A DNA stretch of 64,000 bases from Octopus sinensis (lineage: Eukaryota). The notes under the pieces were generated by a model. It did not search any database and was not told where the DNA came from. It was given only the letters and a program-made list of their open reading frames with translations. The position numbers and the translations under genes were made by a program. Each line of letters begins with the position of its first letter. Position 1 is the stretch's first letter. Shown here in pieces: positions 62,830-64,000 of the stretch. The stretch spans positions 102,548,001-102,612,000 of the forward strand of contig NC_042998.1 in NCBI RefSeq assembly GCF_006345805.1, read 5' to 3'.

Positions 62830-64000
62830 AAAATATAATATATGAAAGAATGGAGCTGAACGACGAATTAACAAAATTCCTTTATTTTCGACATATGTTT
62901 CGAAGGCTACGTATGGATTACAAATGAAAACACAACCGCTGAACCCAAGACAACCAAGATTCATCGTCAAGAACCACAAACCAAATTTTCACACCAATCC
63001 AGGATTAAGGCTCATATGCCCCTCTAGTTCTGACATCGGTTCCATTAGTAAGTACATTTTAGATAAATACATACCTAGATTAATCAATAAGTTAAAACTC
63101 AACATATGGTCTAACTCCACTCAAGTCGTAGAGTGGTCTTCTTCTATTTCTAATAAAAACAGCACAAAATTCATTCAATTCGATATTTCTAGTTTCTACC
63201 CTTCGATCAACCCTAGTGTACTCAATAAGGCCCTATGGCACGCACATAATAAGGCAGGCCTCCCAGGGGAGGAAATTAATATAATTTTAGCGGCTAGAAA
63301 ATCCTTCATACAGTTCGATGATAAGTTATGGGTCCGTAAGGATACTCCTAACGCGATCGATGTGCCAATGGGAAGTTCAGACAGCGCGCAGATAACCGAT
63401 TTGGTCGGAATCTATATTCTCTTTGAATTAGCCGACCAATTCCCGGACATCTGCAGCGGTCTGTATCGAGACGATTGTCTATTTTACCTACAGAATGCTC
63501 CGAACAGTATGATACAGAAGACCAAAAACAAATTAGCTAGATTTTTTAGCAGAATGGGCATGAGCATAGTTTTCGACGACGAACTAACTAAAGCCAACTT
63601 CTTAGATGTTACCCTAAATCTGGATTACAATTCTTACTTCCCTTACCATAAGCCTTCTACTAACCTTAAATATGTCAGCATTTTCAGTAACCATGCAAAA
63701 ACTATCACCGATAATTTAGTTAAAAATATATCCTTAAGACTATCAAATTTATCTGCGAATGTCGACGTTTTTAAACAAAAAGCGGAATTTTATAATGCCG
63801 CCTTGTCAAAAGCCGGCTATAGGGATAAGGTGTCATATATCGACCCGGCCCACTCTAAACTAATATTTGCTCCTCAGGATAAGAAAACTAATAACAATAG
63901 AAATAATGTAATTAATGATTTCAGCTCTAGCAACGTCGACACTAATATAATTAACAAAAATAATTTACGGACCAGGGGAGGCAATCGAAAACCAACATCA
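62830..64000 (+). mobile_element. 5'-truncated Naiad-type Penelope-like element preceded by an inverted pLTR piece
   Basis: Minus-strand CGAAACATATGTCGAAAATAAAGG (hammerhead 3' half + AATAAA) at ~62878-62903 is fused to an open RT frame. Confidence 0.75.
62903..64000 (+). CDS. Open PLE reverse-transcriptase frame (about 366 codons, partial at both ends; first ATG at 62924)
   Basis: My translation has no stop: FIVKNHKPNFHTNPGLRLICP, FIQFDISSFYPSI, ARKSFI, DVPMGSSDSAQITDLVGIYIL, GLYRDDCL, ANFLDVTLNL, YHKP..LKYVSIFSNH. Confidence 0.88.

Overview
AT-rich, microsatellite-dense eukaryotic DNA made almost entirely of transposable elements and their remnants. I found no host gene exon, rRNA, true tRNA or CRISPR array. 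The repeat families resemble those of a coleoid cephalopod, probably Octopus (inference, not checked). Main contents: (1) a near-complete Penelope-like element (RT + GIY-YIG, Neptune-like) at 1-3340, whose 3' repeat carries five fixed-spacing ATTGG-N12-TGACGTC units, a TATA box, a Kozak ATG and a splice donor; (2) two head-to-tail stacks of R4/Dong-type RLE LINEs separated by (AAT)n arrays (10.0-15.8 kb on +, 56.2-58.5 kb on -); (3) a 2.0-kb L1/Tx1-like element that keeps essentially only ORF1 and is bounded by a 13-bp direct repeat (17486-19486); (4) several hammerhead-ribozyme-like motifs in small PLE-type repeats; (5) a mariner, a pogo-like element, a CR1-like RT fragment and a Gypsy integrase remnant; (6) many foldback/MITE elements and tRNA-derived SINEs; (7) a full-length 6.1-kb Helitron (43623-49750) with nine ~23-aa STPR-like repeats ahead of Rep/PIF1; (8) an uninterrupted Naiad-type Penelope RT frame running off the right end (62903-64000), absent from the supplied ORF track. 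All calls were made by eye, so boundaries of degraded elements are approximate.
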